Positions 1 to 7,429 of a stretch of DNA of 20,227 nucleotides are shown piece by piece. The translations under genes and the position numbers were made by a program. Within the stretch, counting starts at the first letter, position 1. Every line of letters starts with the position of its first letter. The DNA comes from an uncultured bacterium (GTDB lineage: Bacteria; Hydrogenedentota; Hydrogenedentia; Hydrogenedentales; JAEUWI01): assembly GCA_963977445.1 (NCBI GenBank), contig CAXBPH010000117.1, positions 1-20,227 on the forward strand. Reading direction: 5' to 3'. The notes under the pieces are model-generated. The model was not told where the DNA came from. It saw only the letters and a program-made list of their open reading frames with translations, and did not search any database.

Positions 1-225
1 AGCGAGCCCCACACCAAGGCCATCTTCAACGCAGTTCGCGAAGGCATGAAGGAGAGCGGGGCCATTCCGGTCTATGCAGAAGGCTCCTTTCACGACGGAT
101 GGCTACTTATCGACTTCGGCGATGTCATCTTTCACGTCTTCCGCGAAGAATCCCGGGAATTCTATGACCTGGACGGCCTCTGGGCAGATGCGCCGGTCAT
201 CAAGTTGACTTTCAAAACGTCTTAA
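1..225 (+). CDS. rsfS: Ribosome silencing factor RsfS (Iojap/YbeB), 5'-truncated by window edge
   Basis: Frame +1 translated by hand: SEPHTKAIFNAVREGMKESGAIPVYAEGSFHDGWLLIDFGDVIFHVFREESREFYDLDGLWADAPVIKLTFKTS*. W-x-L-x-D-x-G-D-V-x-x-H-V-F and R-x-F-Y-x-L-x-x-L-W are RsfS hallmarks. Not in the ORF track. Confidence 0.93.
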   Translation, partial: SEPHTKAIFNAVREGMKESGAIPVYAEGSFHDGWLLIDFGDVIFHVFREESREFYDLDGLWADAPVIKLTFKTS

Positions 226-256
226 CGGCAGTTAAAACCATAGTGAGGCCCCCATC

Positions 257-1093
257 GTGGATCAATTCACTCCAGATCGTCAGTCACTTTATCACTACAA
301 ACTGGACAGGATTCTTGGTGAAGGCGGGACTGGCCGCGTTTACCGCGCCATCGACACCAAAAAAGGTGAAGTGGTCGCTATCAAATTGTTTCGGGAGAAT
401 TTCTTTCGAAATAAGCTTCACCTCCGCGATCTCGTAAAGAGCGTCAAGCGCTTCAAGAAGTACGACCATCCGAATGTCGTCCGCGTCCTGGACTTTATAG
501 ACGGAGAGGACGGTCGGTGCATGATCATGGAGTACATCGACGGCCCGGATCTCAAGTGGTATATCCAGAATCGCCCCTGGCATCTTCAGGAGCGCTTGGG
601 AATTGTCGGGCAGATTTGCTCGGGCTTGCAGTATTTACATGATCAGAAGATAATCCACCACGACATAAAGCCGGCAAACATACTCTTCACCCGAACGGGT
701 GTCGCCAAACTGGCTGACTTCTCTCTTTATGGTGCCAGCCTGCTACTGGAACTCATCGACAAGGGCGCCGGTGAGCAGATCACGCCCATGTATGTTCCCC
801 CGGAAATTATTCGGGGTGACAGCCCCACCCCACAAAGTGACCAGTATTCCCTGGGTATCACCATGTATCTGCTCTTCGCAGGCCACCTCCCCTTCCAGGT
901 GGACAATCTACAACGACTCTACCAGTGTCACCTGCAAGTCGTTCCCGATCCGCCTAATCACGAGAACCCGAACTGTCCGCAGGCGTTAAGTGACATAATC
1001 ATGCGCACCCTTTCCAAAAAGCCAAGTGAACGGTTCTCTGACTGCGACATGCTCCGCATTGCCCTATCGAAGCTCGGGCAAAGCCGAATCTAG
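257..1093 (+). CDS. Stand-alone Hanks-type Ser/Thr protein kinase domain protein with atypical motifs
   Basis: GEGGTGRVY Gly-loop, VAIK, HPNVV, IMEY, HHDIKPAN, DFS, YVPPE, SDQYSLG. GTG start with GAGG about 8 nt upstream; 31 nt after the rsfS stop. Confidence 0.93.
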   Translation: MDQFTPDRQSLYHYKLDRILGEGGTGRVYRAIDTKKGEVVAIKLFRENFFRNKLHLRDLVKSVKRFKKYDHPNVVRVLDFIDGEDGRCMIMEYIDGPDLKWYIQNRPWHLQERLGIVGQICSGLQYLHDQKIIHHDIKPANILFTRTGVAKLADFSLYGASLLLELIDKGAGEQITPMYVPPEIIRGDSPTPQSDQYSLGITMYLLFAGHLPFQVDNLQRLYQCHLQVVPDPPNHENPNCPQALSDIIMRTLSKKPSERFSDCDMLRIALSKLGQSRI

Positions 1094-1251
1094 GGACCGG
1101 GCATCCCTCGACGCCTGACGTGCTGAAATACCATTAGTCCGTCGGTTTGCGAACTCCTCCCCGGCCACGAACGGCGTCCAGTATCGAATTAGACGAACTG
1201 GATGGCAGCCATTGGCAATACCGCATCTCGTCAACCTCAACATCTAAACAC

Positions 1252-1291
1252 AAAACACCCAACCTCAGCGTTGACTGAGGTTGGGTGTTTT
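1252..1291. terminator. Bidirectional intrinsic terminator
   Basis: Perfect 17-bp inverted repeat AAAACACCCAACCTCAG-cgttga-CTGAGGTTGGGTGTTTT with A/T tracts at both ends, between the convergent kinase and peptide genes. Confidence 0.85.
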
Positions 1292-1345
1292 ATATTCTAC
1301 TCTGACCGGCGGAAATCCGAAAGATTCCCAGCACACGTCAATTCA

Positions 1346-1543
1346 TTATAAGGTTGTCGTATCGGTACCCGTATCAGTACCCGTATCGGTACCACCACCC
1401 AGTGGAAAGAAGGCCTTCCACTGTGCCTGGCGCTGCGCGAGCAGGAGGGTATCTACGATATCAAGTACGCCCTGCAACTTGGTCTGAAAGTTGCTCTGTG
1501 CGCATGATGGAGCCTTGGAGACAAAGCGGATATGTGATTTCAT
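1346..1543 (-). CDS. Small peptide B (65 aa), paralog of peptide A, with amphipathic core and Gly/Thr/Asp repeat tail
   Basis: MKSHIRFVSKAPSCAQSNFQTKLQGVLDIVDTLLLAQRQAQWKAFFPLGGGTDTGTDTGTDTTTL. RBS-like GAAAGG upstream of ATG; 14 of 22 N-terminal alignment columns identical to the upstream 39-aa ORF; followed by the terminator. Confidence 0.8.
   Translation of the reverse strand: MKSHIRFVSKAPSCAQSNFQTKLQGVLDIVDTLLLAQRQAQWKAFFPLGGGTDTGTDTGTDTTTL
1359..1394. repeat. 12-nt tandem repeat x3 encoding (GTDT)3 in peptide B
   Basis: GTATCGGTACCC / GTATCAGTACCC / GTATCGGTACCA on the + strand; unit length is a multiple of 3. Confidence 0.9.
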
Positions 1544-1572
1544 TGTGTTAACGCCTTTCGCTGGTATCAGTA

Positions 1573-1692
1573 CTATTTACCGAAGCTGAATTCGATTGCC
1601 CGAGCCGTAAGTTCGACGAGAAAATCGACTTTCGCTTGGAAATTGCTCTGGGATTTTTGCGGCATCTTGCTCACCAAACGATGGTGTTTCAT
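1573..1692 (-). CDS. Small peptide A (39 aa), not in the ORF track
   Basis: Hand translation: MKHHRLVSKMPQKSQSNFQAKVDFLVELTARAIEFSFGK*. Strong RBS (AGGAGAacgactcgcATG); paralogous to peptide B with synonymous codon differences; 29 nt from its stop to the peptide B start. Confidence 0.8.
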   Translation of the reverse strand: MKHHRLVSKMPQKSQSNFQAKVDFLVELTARAIEFSFGK

Positions 1693-1882
1693 GCGAGTCG
1701 TTCTCCTGTTCTAGTGCGTTCAAAAACTGATGGCGCATCAACTATGGGACCGCTCGACATACGCGCGCATTCCCCGATCAACACCGAGTCAAATAATCCG
1801 TGGCCCCGATTTCACCAATGTAACACCTTGCTGTTCCCTGCAAGTTGTATTGGAGCAGTCAACAAGACTACCGGTGCCCACC

Positions 1883-1911
1883 ATTTTACAGACATTGTAA
1901 TAACATGTAAA
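1883..1911 (-). promoter_or_regulatory. Sigma70-type promoter for the small-peptide unit
   Basis: Minus strand TTTACA (1911-1906), 17-nt spacer, TAAAAT (1888-1883). An overlapping candidate, TTGACA (1925-1920)-17 nt-TATTAC, lies just upstream in AT-rich sequence. Confidence 0.6.
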
Positions 1912-2129
1912 CCTTTTATTGTCAACTATTTTTCCCGATCCCCCTTCTTTCTATTCATACTACCACCGGGCACCGAGAGTATTACGTCCCTAATTTCATG
2001 CTTCATTTTCAAGGAGTTACCGATAGTACATGCCAACTGCAACCCCCGTAAGCCGTATAAACAGCCGATCGGTCCGCAGAATGTCAATATCGCATAATTA
2101 TCATTTATTTAAATAAACAACCCGTGCCC

Positions 2130-4025
2130 CTAGGAGGCGGGCTGTCCGGCCATGGATTCCCAAGAGCGATACATCTCATCCAGATCCGACTTCATCGCGT
2201 CATACTCCGCCTTCAGCTTCTCCAGGGCCTGGTAATCTCCAGGATCAACTTCGGTAAAGCGGGATTCGATCTCGCCCAACAGCGATTCCATCGATTCTAT
2301 ATCCCCCTCCAGTTTCTCCAGTTGTACTTTCTGTTTGCGCCGATCACGATCATTGGTCTTCTTATCATTGCGGGTGGTGCTCCGGCGAATTTTGAGCACA
2401 TCGTCCGTTGTTTTCTCTTCCTTTGCAGGAGCCTTGTCTACGTTGCCCCAACGATAATCGCTATAGTTGCCAAGGTGGATTGAGGTACGGCCGCCTTCGA
2501 TGACCACCAGCTTATCCACCAGCTTATCAATCAATGTACGATCGTGACTGACGAGAATGATGGCCCCTTCAAATCCTACCAGCATGTTCTCCAGGGCTTC
2601 CCGGGAAACGATATCCAGGTGGTTGGTGGGCTCGTCGAGAAGGAGCAGGTTGGACTCACTTAGCAGGAGTCTAGCCATCGCCACCCGGCTCAATTCACCA
2701 CCACTCAGGCTGCCGATAGTCTTAAACACGTCGTCGCCAGTAAAGAGAAAGCGTCCCAGATAGCTTCGTATCTGTTCCGGGATCCACTCACTCTTAGCGG
2801 CGTGTACTTCGGTGAGAATATCGCTGTTCGGGTTCAGGGATTCGTGATTCTGTTCGTAGAAGCCCCGTTGCACTTTGTGGCCCAGGCTTACTTCCCCGGC
2901 CAACCCGGGGTGTTGCTCGGCAAGCTGTCGCAGCAGGGTAGTCTTTCCCGTACCATTGGGCCCGACAATGCCGACACGATCGCCCCGGCTCACCTTGAAG
3001 GAAACCTCCTGATACAGGGTAAGGCCGTCAAAGCCCATGGCGAGATCTTTTGCGTCGAGGACCAGCTCTCCGGTTCGCGCCACTTCGCCACTCTTGAAAC
3101 GAATCGAACTCGCCTCCGCCAGGGGTGCATTCACCAGGTCCAGCTTCTCCAGACGCTTAATGCGACTCTGCACCTGCTTGGCTTTGGTGTTTTTGTAGCG
3201 AAACCGATCAATCCACGCCTGCTCTTTACGCAAAAATTCCTGCTGCCGATCATAATCCGCCTGATTCTGCTCGCGGAGCAGTGCCTTGCGCTCCAAATAC
3301 GAATCATAATTTCCGGGATAGCTGCGAATCTGCCCCCGCTCCAGCTCCACAATGCGAGTCACTGCGGTGTTGAGCGTTTGACGATCGTGTGAGATGATAA
3401 CGACCGCCTTGACGCAGTCTTTGAGGTAATTTTCCAACCATTCCCGCGCCTCGAGATCCAGATGGTTCTCCGGCTCGTCAAGGAGTAGTAAATCGGCATC
3501 CTGGAGCAAGACCAGGGCCAACATGAGTCGGGTACGCTGACCGCCACTCAGTGCCATGAAGGGTAAATCGAACTCATTTTCAGAGAAACCGAGACCCTGA
3601 AGTACTTGCTTTATGCGGACACGAAAATCGTAGCCGCCACGAATGCTGAAGCTCTCCTGCTTCTCGCTATAGAGGTCGAGTACATCGAGATGCCCCTCCC
3701 CCATGCGTTCCTCGAGCTCAGTAAGCTCCTTTTCCAGCGTTACAATTTCCTCAAAGGATTCCATAACAATGTCATAGATGTTTTTTTCGTCATCTACGTG
3801 GTGAAGCTGGGAAAGGCAGGAAATCTTAACCTTTTTCATGCGGTCAATTGTGCCGCGATCTGGTTTCGTTTCACCCGTAATCAGGCGAAATATGGTGGAT
3901 TTTCCCGTCCCATTGCGACCAATCAAGCCGATATGTTCGCCGTCTTCCACTCGGAAATCGACGTTACCCAGGACTTCCTGTCCAGCAAAATTTTTCTCGA
4001 CACCGTCGAGGCGTATTAAACTCAT
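2130..4025 (-). CDS. ABC-F family ATP-binding protein (ribosome-associated; YheS/YdiF/Uup-like)
   Basis: Two ABC domains (GRNGTGKS, LSGGQ, LLLLDEP; GPNGTGKT, LSGGE, LLLLDEPTNHLD), interdomain linker (GNYDSY...KAKQVQSR), C-terminal coiled coil, no transmembrane segments. Confidence 0.95.
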   Translation of the reverse strand: MSLIRLDGVEKNFAGQEVLGNVDFRVEDGEHIGLIGRNGTGKSTIFRLITGETKPDRGTIDRMKKVKISCLSQLHHVDDEKNIYDIVMESFEEIVTLEKELTELEERMGEGHLDVLDLYSEKQESFSIRGGYDFRVRIKQVLQGLGFSENEFDLPFMALSGGQRTRLMLALVLLQDADLLLLDEPENHLDLEAREWLENYLKDCVKAVVIISHDRQTLNTAVTRIVELERGQIRSYPGNYDSYLERKALLREQNQADYDRQQEFLRKEQAWIDRFRYKNTKAKQVQSRIKRLEKLDLVNAPLAEASSIRFKSGEVARTGELVLDAKDLAMGFDGLTLYQEVSFKVSRGDRVGIVGPNGTGKTTLLRQLAEQHPGLAGEVSLGHKVQRGFYEQNHESLNPNSDILTEVHAAKSEWIPEQIRSYLGRFLFTGDDVFKTIGSLSGGELSRVAMARLLLSESNLLLLDEPTNHLDIVSREALENMLVGFEGAIILVSHDRTLIDKLVDKLVVIEGGRTSIHLGNYSDYRWGNVDKAPAKEEKTTDDVLKIRRSTTRNDKKTNDRDRRKQKVQLEKLEGDIESMESLLGEIESRFTEVDPGDYQALEKLKAEYDAMKSDLDEMYRSWESMAGQPAS

Positions 4026-4059
4026 AAATTCACTACCTGTTTACAACCCGTCTCGTTCA

Positions 4060-4857
4060 TTACTTCGAGGTCGTGTCGTGGTTTTGGGCGAGGTGCCAAA
4101 GTTTTGCATATTTCGTAAACACGGAACACGCAGCAAGTCCACATAGGACTGCACCGTGGTAACCGTCACGAAACCCTTGACGTAAGATATACATTTTAAC
4201 AAAACGGAGCACCGGTCGGAAAGTCAGGTCGAGCAAACTGGCCCGCTTTCCACGCTGAAAGGCATCTTCGGCCCCCCAGGAAGTGAAACGCTGAAACGTC
4301 GTAAAATATTCTTCAAAGCTATTGTAGGTATCGTGATACATGACATCATTGATGCGGCCCACCGGCCCTTCCACCACGACACGCGAATGTACTTTCTTAT
4401 CCAGATAACGCCCCACCGCCGTGCGGAAGAGGCGAAGATTGTAGTCGCGATGCCAACCACAATGCTGAATCAGACGACCAAAAAAATAGGAATCCCGCTT
4501 AATATCGTAGCCATTCAGACTGCCATCATCACCCAAAATTGCCTGTACCCGCGTCACGAGCTCCTCGGAAACCCACTCGTCGGCATCCAGCACCAGGGTC
4601 CACTCCGTATGCACCTGCGGCAGGGCCCAATTTCGTTGGGCAGCCGCGTTTTCATAGGTGTGTTGAACGACGTGATCCGTGTAGTGTCGGGCAATGGATT
4701 CCGAGCCATCGGTGGTTTTCGTATCGATAATGCAGAAGATATCATCGGCCCAGGTAACGCTTTCCAGGCAACGCCGCAGCTTTTCCTCCGCGTTGGGCAC
4801 GAGAATCAGGACCGTGAGCTTTCCCGCCACGAGCTTCGTTGTTTCCAAATCACTCAT
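4060..4857 (-). CDS. Glycosyltransferase family 2 (WaaE/KdtX/LgtF-like)
   Basis: CLESVTWADDI, TDGS, QRNWAL, WTLVLDADE (DxD), LRLFR, VH and C-terminal F-x-K-x-Y-I-L-x-x-G-F-x-D-G pattern of this subfamily. ATGA overlap with the upstream gene. Confidence 0.9.
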   Translation of the reverse strand: MSDLETTKLVAGKLTVLILVPNAEEKLRRCLESVTWADDIFCIIDTKTTDGSESIARHYTDHVVQHTYENAAAQRNWALPQVHTEWTLVLDADEWVSEELVTRVQAILGDDGSLNGYDIKRDSYFFGRLIQHCGWHRDYNLRLFRTAVGRYLDKKVHSRVVVEGPVGRINDVMYHDTYNSFEEYFTTFQRFTSWGAEDAFQRGKRASLLDLTFRPVLRFVKMYILRQGFRDGYHGAVLCGLAACSVFTKYAKLWHLAQNHDTTSK

Positions 4858-5954
4858 GGTGCAATCCCCAGTCGTTCCGCAACCAGCGTATGATAAACCG
4901 AGAGGGTATCCGCCACCATCGTCGGCGTCGAGAAAATGCTATCCACCCGCTTCTGACCGGCCAGTGCCATCTTGTGCGCGGCCTCCAGGTCGTCGAGACA
5001 AGCTATCAGCGCGTCACCGAGGGCCTCAGGGTCCTTATTGGGCACCAGGAAGCCCGTCTTCCCCGGCAAGACCATCTCACCCACACCACCGGCTTCCGTC
5101 GCAACCACCGGCTTGGCACACGCCAGCGCTTCCAATACGGAAGTACCGAGGCCTTCGGACCAACTGGACGATACGTAGCAATCTGCGGCCCGCATCCACC
5201 GTGGGACGTCATCCCGATGACCCGCCAGGGTGACCACATCCTTTAAACCGAGCTCGGCAATTTCCGCCTCTATATCCGCCCGGAGCGCCCCTTCACCCGC
5301 AATCAGCAGGTGAAGCGACTCATAGACCTCGTAAAGTCGCGCGAAGGCCCGAATCAGGGTCTGGTGGTCTTTGTGGCCAACGAGGGCACCGGCATTAAAG
5401 AGCAGTGTTGCGTCTTCCGGGATTCCGAACTCACTCCGGTCGGCTGGCTCCACCGCCAGGCGACTCGTATCGATAGAACTATAGACGCGAACGACCTTTT
5501 CCGGGTTTATGTCGCTTTCGCGGAGCACCTCGGCCACTTTTTCGGAAACGGCGAGGATACGATCGGGCGCGTTGTACTTCCAACGGTTAAACACATCCCG
5601 CTTCGGCGGAAAACTTACCCGTCTTGACACTACCACGGAGGGCCTGCGCGCCAATACGTGGACGAGGCACGCGATCATATGGGTGTGGCTGGTGTGGGCA
5701 TGAATGATGTCGATGTCCTCCGCCGTGGCCAATTGGGCCAGCTTCCAGACGGTAACCGGATCGATTTCATTCCGAAAGGGCAACGCAATTCGTTCGACGT
5801 CAACACCACCGTGTTCCGCCGTGAGGAAGGGGCTCTCGGGCTTTCCGGCTATCCAGACACGATGGCCCTTCTGCACGGTTCCCGCAATAAGCCAACTGGC
5901 CTGTTGCTCTCCCCCACGCCAGCCGGTCTGCTCGTCAAGATGTAGAATGTTCAC
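4854..5954 (-). CDS. Glycosyltransferase family 4 (GT-B)
   Basis: WRGGEQQ, DIIHAH, KDH, IAGEG, GHRDD, EGLGTSVLEA (E-x7-E), PVVATEAGG. GTG start overlapping the upstream gene. Confidence 0.92.
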   Translation of the reverse strand: MNILHLDEQTGWRGGEQQASWLIAGTVQKGHRVWIAGKPESPFLTAEHGGVDVERIALPFRNEIDPVTVWKLAQLATAEDIDIIHAHTSHTHMIACLVHVLARRPSVVVSRRVSFPPKRDVFNRWKYNAPDRILAVSEKVAEVLRESDINPEKVVRVYSSIDTSRLAVEPADRSEFGIPEDATLLFNAGALVGHKDHQTLIRAFARLYEVYESLHLLIAGEGALRADIEAEIAELGLKDVVTLAGHRDDVPRWMRAADCYVSSSWSEGLGTSVLEALACAKPVVATEAGGVGEMVLPGKTGFLVPNKDPEALGDALIACLDDLEAAHKMALAGQKRVDSIFSTPTMVADTLSVYHTLVAERLGIAP

Positions 5955-7074
5955 GGGTTAATTCCCTTGCTCTTTCATAGGCTTCGACCGTCCGTCGGGC
6001 GAAAACTTCTCCAGTGAAGTCCCGTAAGACCCGTTCCCGGCCTTTCTGGCCCATTTTCCTGCGCAGGGTAGCATTTTCGATGAGCGCCCGCAACGCGTCG
6101 GTCAGGGGCGCTACCGTACCATGTGGTACGACCCTGCCTTCATCGCCGTCGGAGACAATTTCTGGCAATCCGCCATAATCCGACGTCACCACGGGAATCT
6201 CCGCAGCCATCTGTTCTTTCAGACTGAAAGAAGAGGTATCACAATCTATCGACGGCAACACGCCAATATCCAGCGCCTGTATACAGCGCTCCATATCCGT
6301 CCGGAACCCCCCGAACTGAACCATGTCGTCGAGTCCCAACTCCGCCGCCTGGGCCTTCAGCGACTCTTCCAGGGCCCCCTGACCGAGAATCAGAAGCCGA
6401 AGGTCTGGAAAGTCCGTCTGGAGCGACTCCAGGGCCTGAAAGAGGTACGTATGGCCCTTGGCCTTAACCAGCCGCGCTGCGATGCCACAAACGAGGTGTT
6501 CGGGACCGTAACCCAGCATTTCACGGGCGGATTCCCGCACGTCGGCCTGGGGCGCATAAACCGATGCATCCACACCATTGTGTATGGCCGTCATACGGTC
6601 GCCATCGAAGGACGCTTGCGCAGACAGGGTGTCTCGAACCATTTGGCAGACACAGATTTGAAAGGTGGTGAGTGACCGGTTCAGATACCGATTTACCCAC
6701 GTGTCTTTTACCACATAGGTATTGTGCCGGGTGCGCACCAGACACATGGCACGGCGAGAAAGCATTTTAACGAAGCCCGCTACCCAATGGTCCTGGGAGC
6801 CATTCACGTGAACTACGTCGGGCCGGGCCTCCCCCATGAATCGGGTCATTTGGCGTATATCGGCGATCCACTTGCGCAATCGCAATCCCCGTGCAAAATG
6901 AAACACAGGAATACAATCGCAGCCCACTTCTCGTGCTACGTCAATCAGGATACTATTGGCCCGACACCCGATGGTTACATGATGGCCCAACAAAAGGAGC
7001 TCACGGGTCAGACTCTGAATATAGCGCACCTGCCCGCCACCATCGGTGTGCGGGTCTGTAATTAGAATGTGCAA
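5935..7074 (-). CDS. Glycosyltransferase family 4 (GT-B)
   Basis: GGGQ, PDVVHVN, IHNGVD, ARLVKAKGH, GFRTD, DTSSFSLKE (D-x7-E variant), PVVTSDYGGLPE. TTG start. Confidence 0.9.
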   Translation of the reverse strand: MHILITDPHTDGGGQVRYIQSLTRELLLLGHHVTIGCRANSILIDVAREVGCDCIPVFHFARGLRLRKWIADIRQMTRFMGEARPDVVHVNGSQDHWVAGFVKMLSRRAMCLVRTRHNTYVVKDTWVNRYLNRSLTTFQICVCQMVRDTLSAQASFDGDRMTAIHNGVDASVYAPQADVRESAREMLGYGPEHLVCGIAARLVKAKGHTYLFQALESLQTDFPDLRLLILGQGALEESLKAQAAELGLDDMVQFGGFRTDMERCIQALDIGVLPSIDCDTSSFSLKEQMAAEIPVVTSDYGGLPEIVSDGDEGRVVPHGTVAPLTDALRALIENATLRRKMGQKGRERVLRDFTGEVFARRTVEAYERARELTREHSTS

Positions 7075-7107
7075 GGAAGTGAACAGACGTTGGTTGAGAC
7101 GACAGAC

Positions 7108-7392
7108 CTATTTCGTGACAGGAACGGCGACGTCTTCTTCAGCGGCGGGCGATGGATCTGTCGTCGGCTCTTCGGAAACGCGCTGGAGCTCTTCCTCGCC
7201 TTTTTCGGCATCTTCGGCAGATTCTTCCGATGGAGACACTTCGAGAGCGGTATTCTCATCGGCCGTGCCATCGAAAATCGCGCTTACACGTTCAATCGTC
7301 AAATCGAGCTCTGCAATTGCGTTCGAGAGTTCCGCGTCAACCTCATGAAAGTCGTCGGAACGTTTGATATCTACTTTTTCTTTACCAGCCAT
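7108..7392 (-). CDS. Hypothetical small acidic protein (94 aa)
   Basis: Fills the gap between HDOD and GT4 in the same orientation; GAAGG upstream of ATG; helical-looking N-half and Glu/Asp/Ser/Pro-rich C-half. Confidence 0.7.
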   Translation of the reverse strand: MAGKEKVDIKRSDDFHEVDAELSNAIAELDLTIERVSAIFDGTADENTALEVSPSEESAEDAEKGEEELQRVSEEPTTDPSPAAEEDVAVPVTK

Positions 7393-7429
7393 TGTGTACT
7401 GCCTTCAACTCGGGGCCTGCGTCATTCCA

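Noticed and set aside
1173..1206. Imperfect hairpin downstream of the first kinase
   Set aside because: Bulged stem with no U-tract; the stronger terminator at 1252-1291 explains termination.
1359..1394. Repeat as a possible CRISPR array or iteron set
   Set aside because: Contiguous 12-nt units with no spacers, inside a coding frame, and no cas or rep genes.
1354..1551. 65-aa plus-strand ORF with YRYPYQYPYRY (and 1281-1487 with VSVP repeats)
   Set aside because: Alternative readings of the 12-nt repeat; the minus-strand frame has the RBS, the paralog and synonymous repeat variation.
1689..1760. 23-aa minus-strand uORF (MSSGPIVDAPSVFERTRTGERLA) whose stop overlaps the peptide A ATG
   Set aside because: Lacks the peptide family motif and has only a weak RBS; could be chance. 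Cannot be excluded without Ribo-seq.
2020..2036. Possible sigma54 promoter (minus strand TTGGCATG)
   Set aside because: The -24 element is present but there is no TTGC/GC at the -12 position.
1636..2097. 153-aa plus-strand ORF
   Set aside because: TTG start without a clear RBS, no recognisable motif, and it runs antisense across peptide A, its leader and its promoter.
3455..3490. DEPENHLD instead of DEPTNHLD in the first ABC domain of ABC-F
   Set aside because: Walker B Asp and catalytic Glu are intact; a single substitution is not enough to infer changed function.
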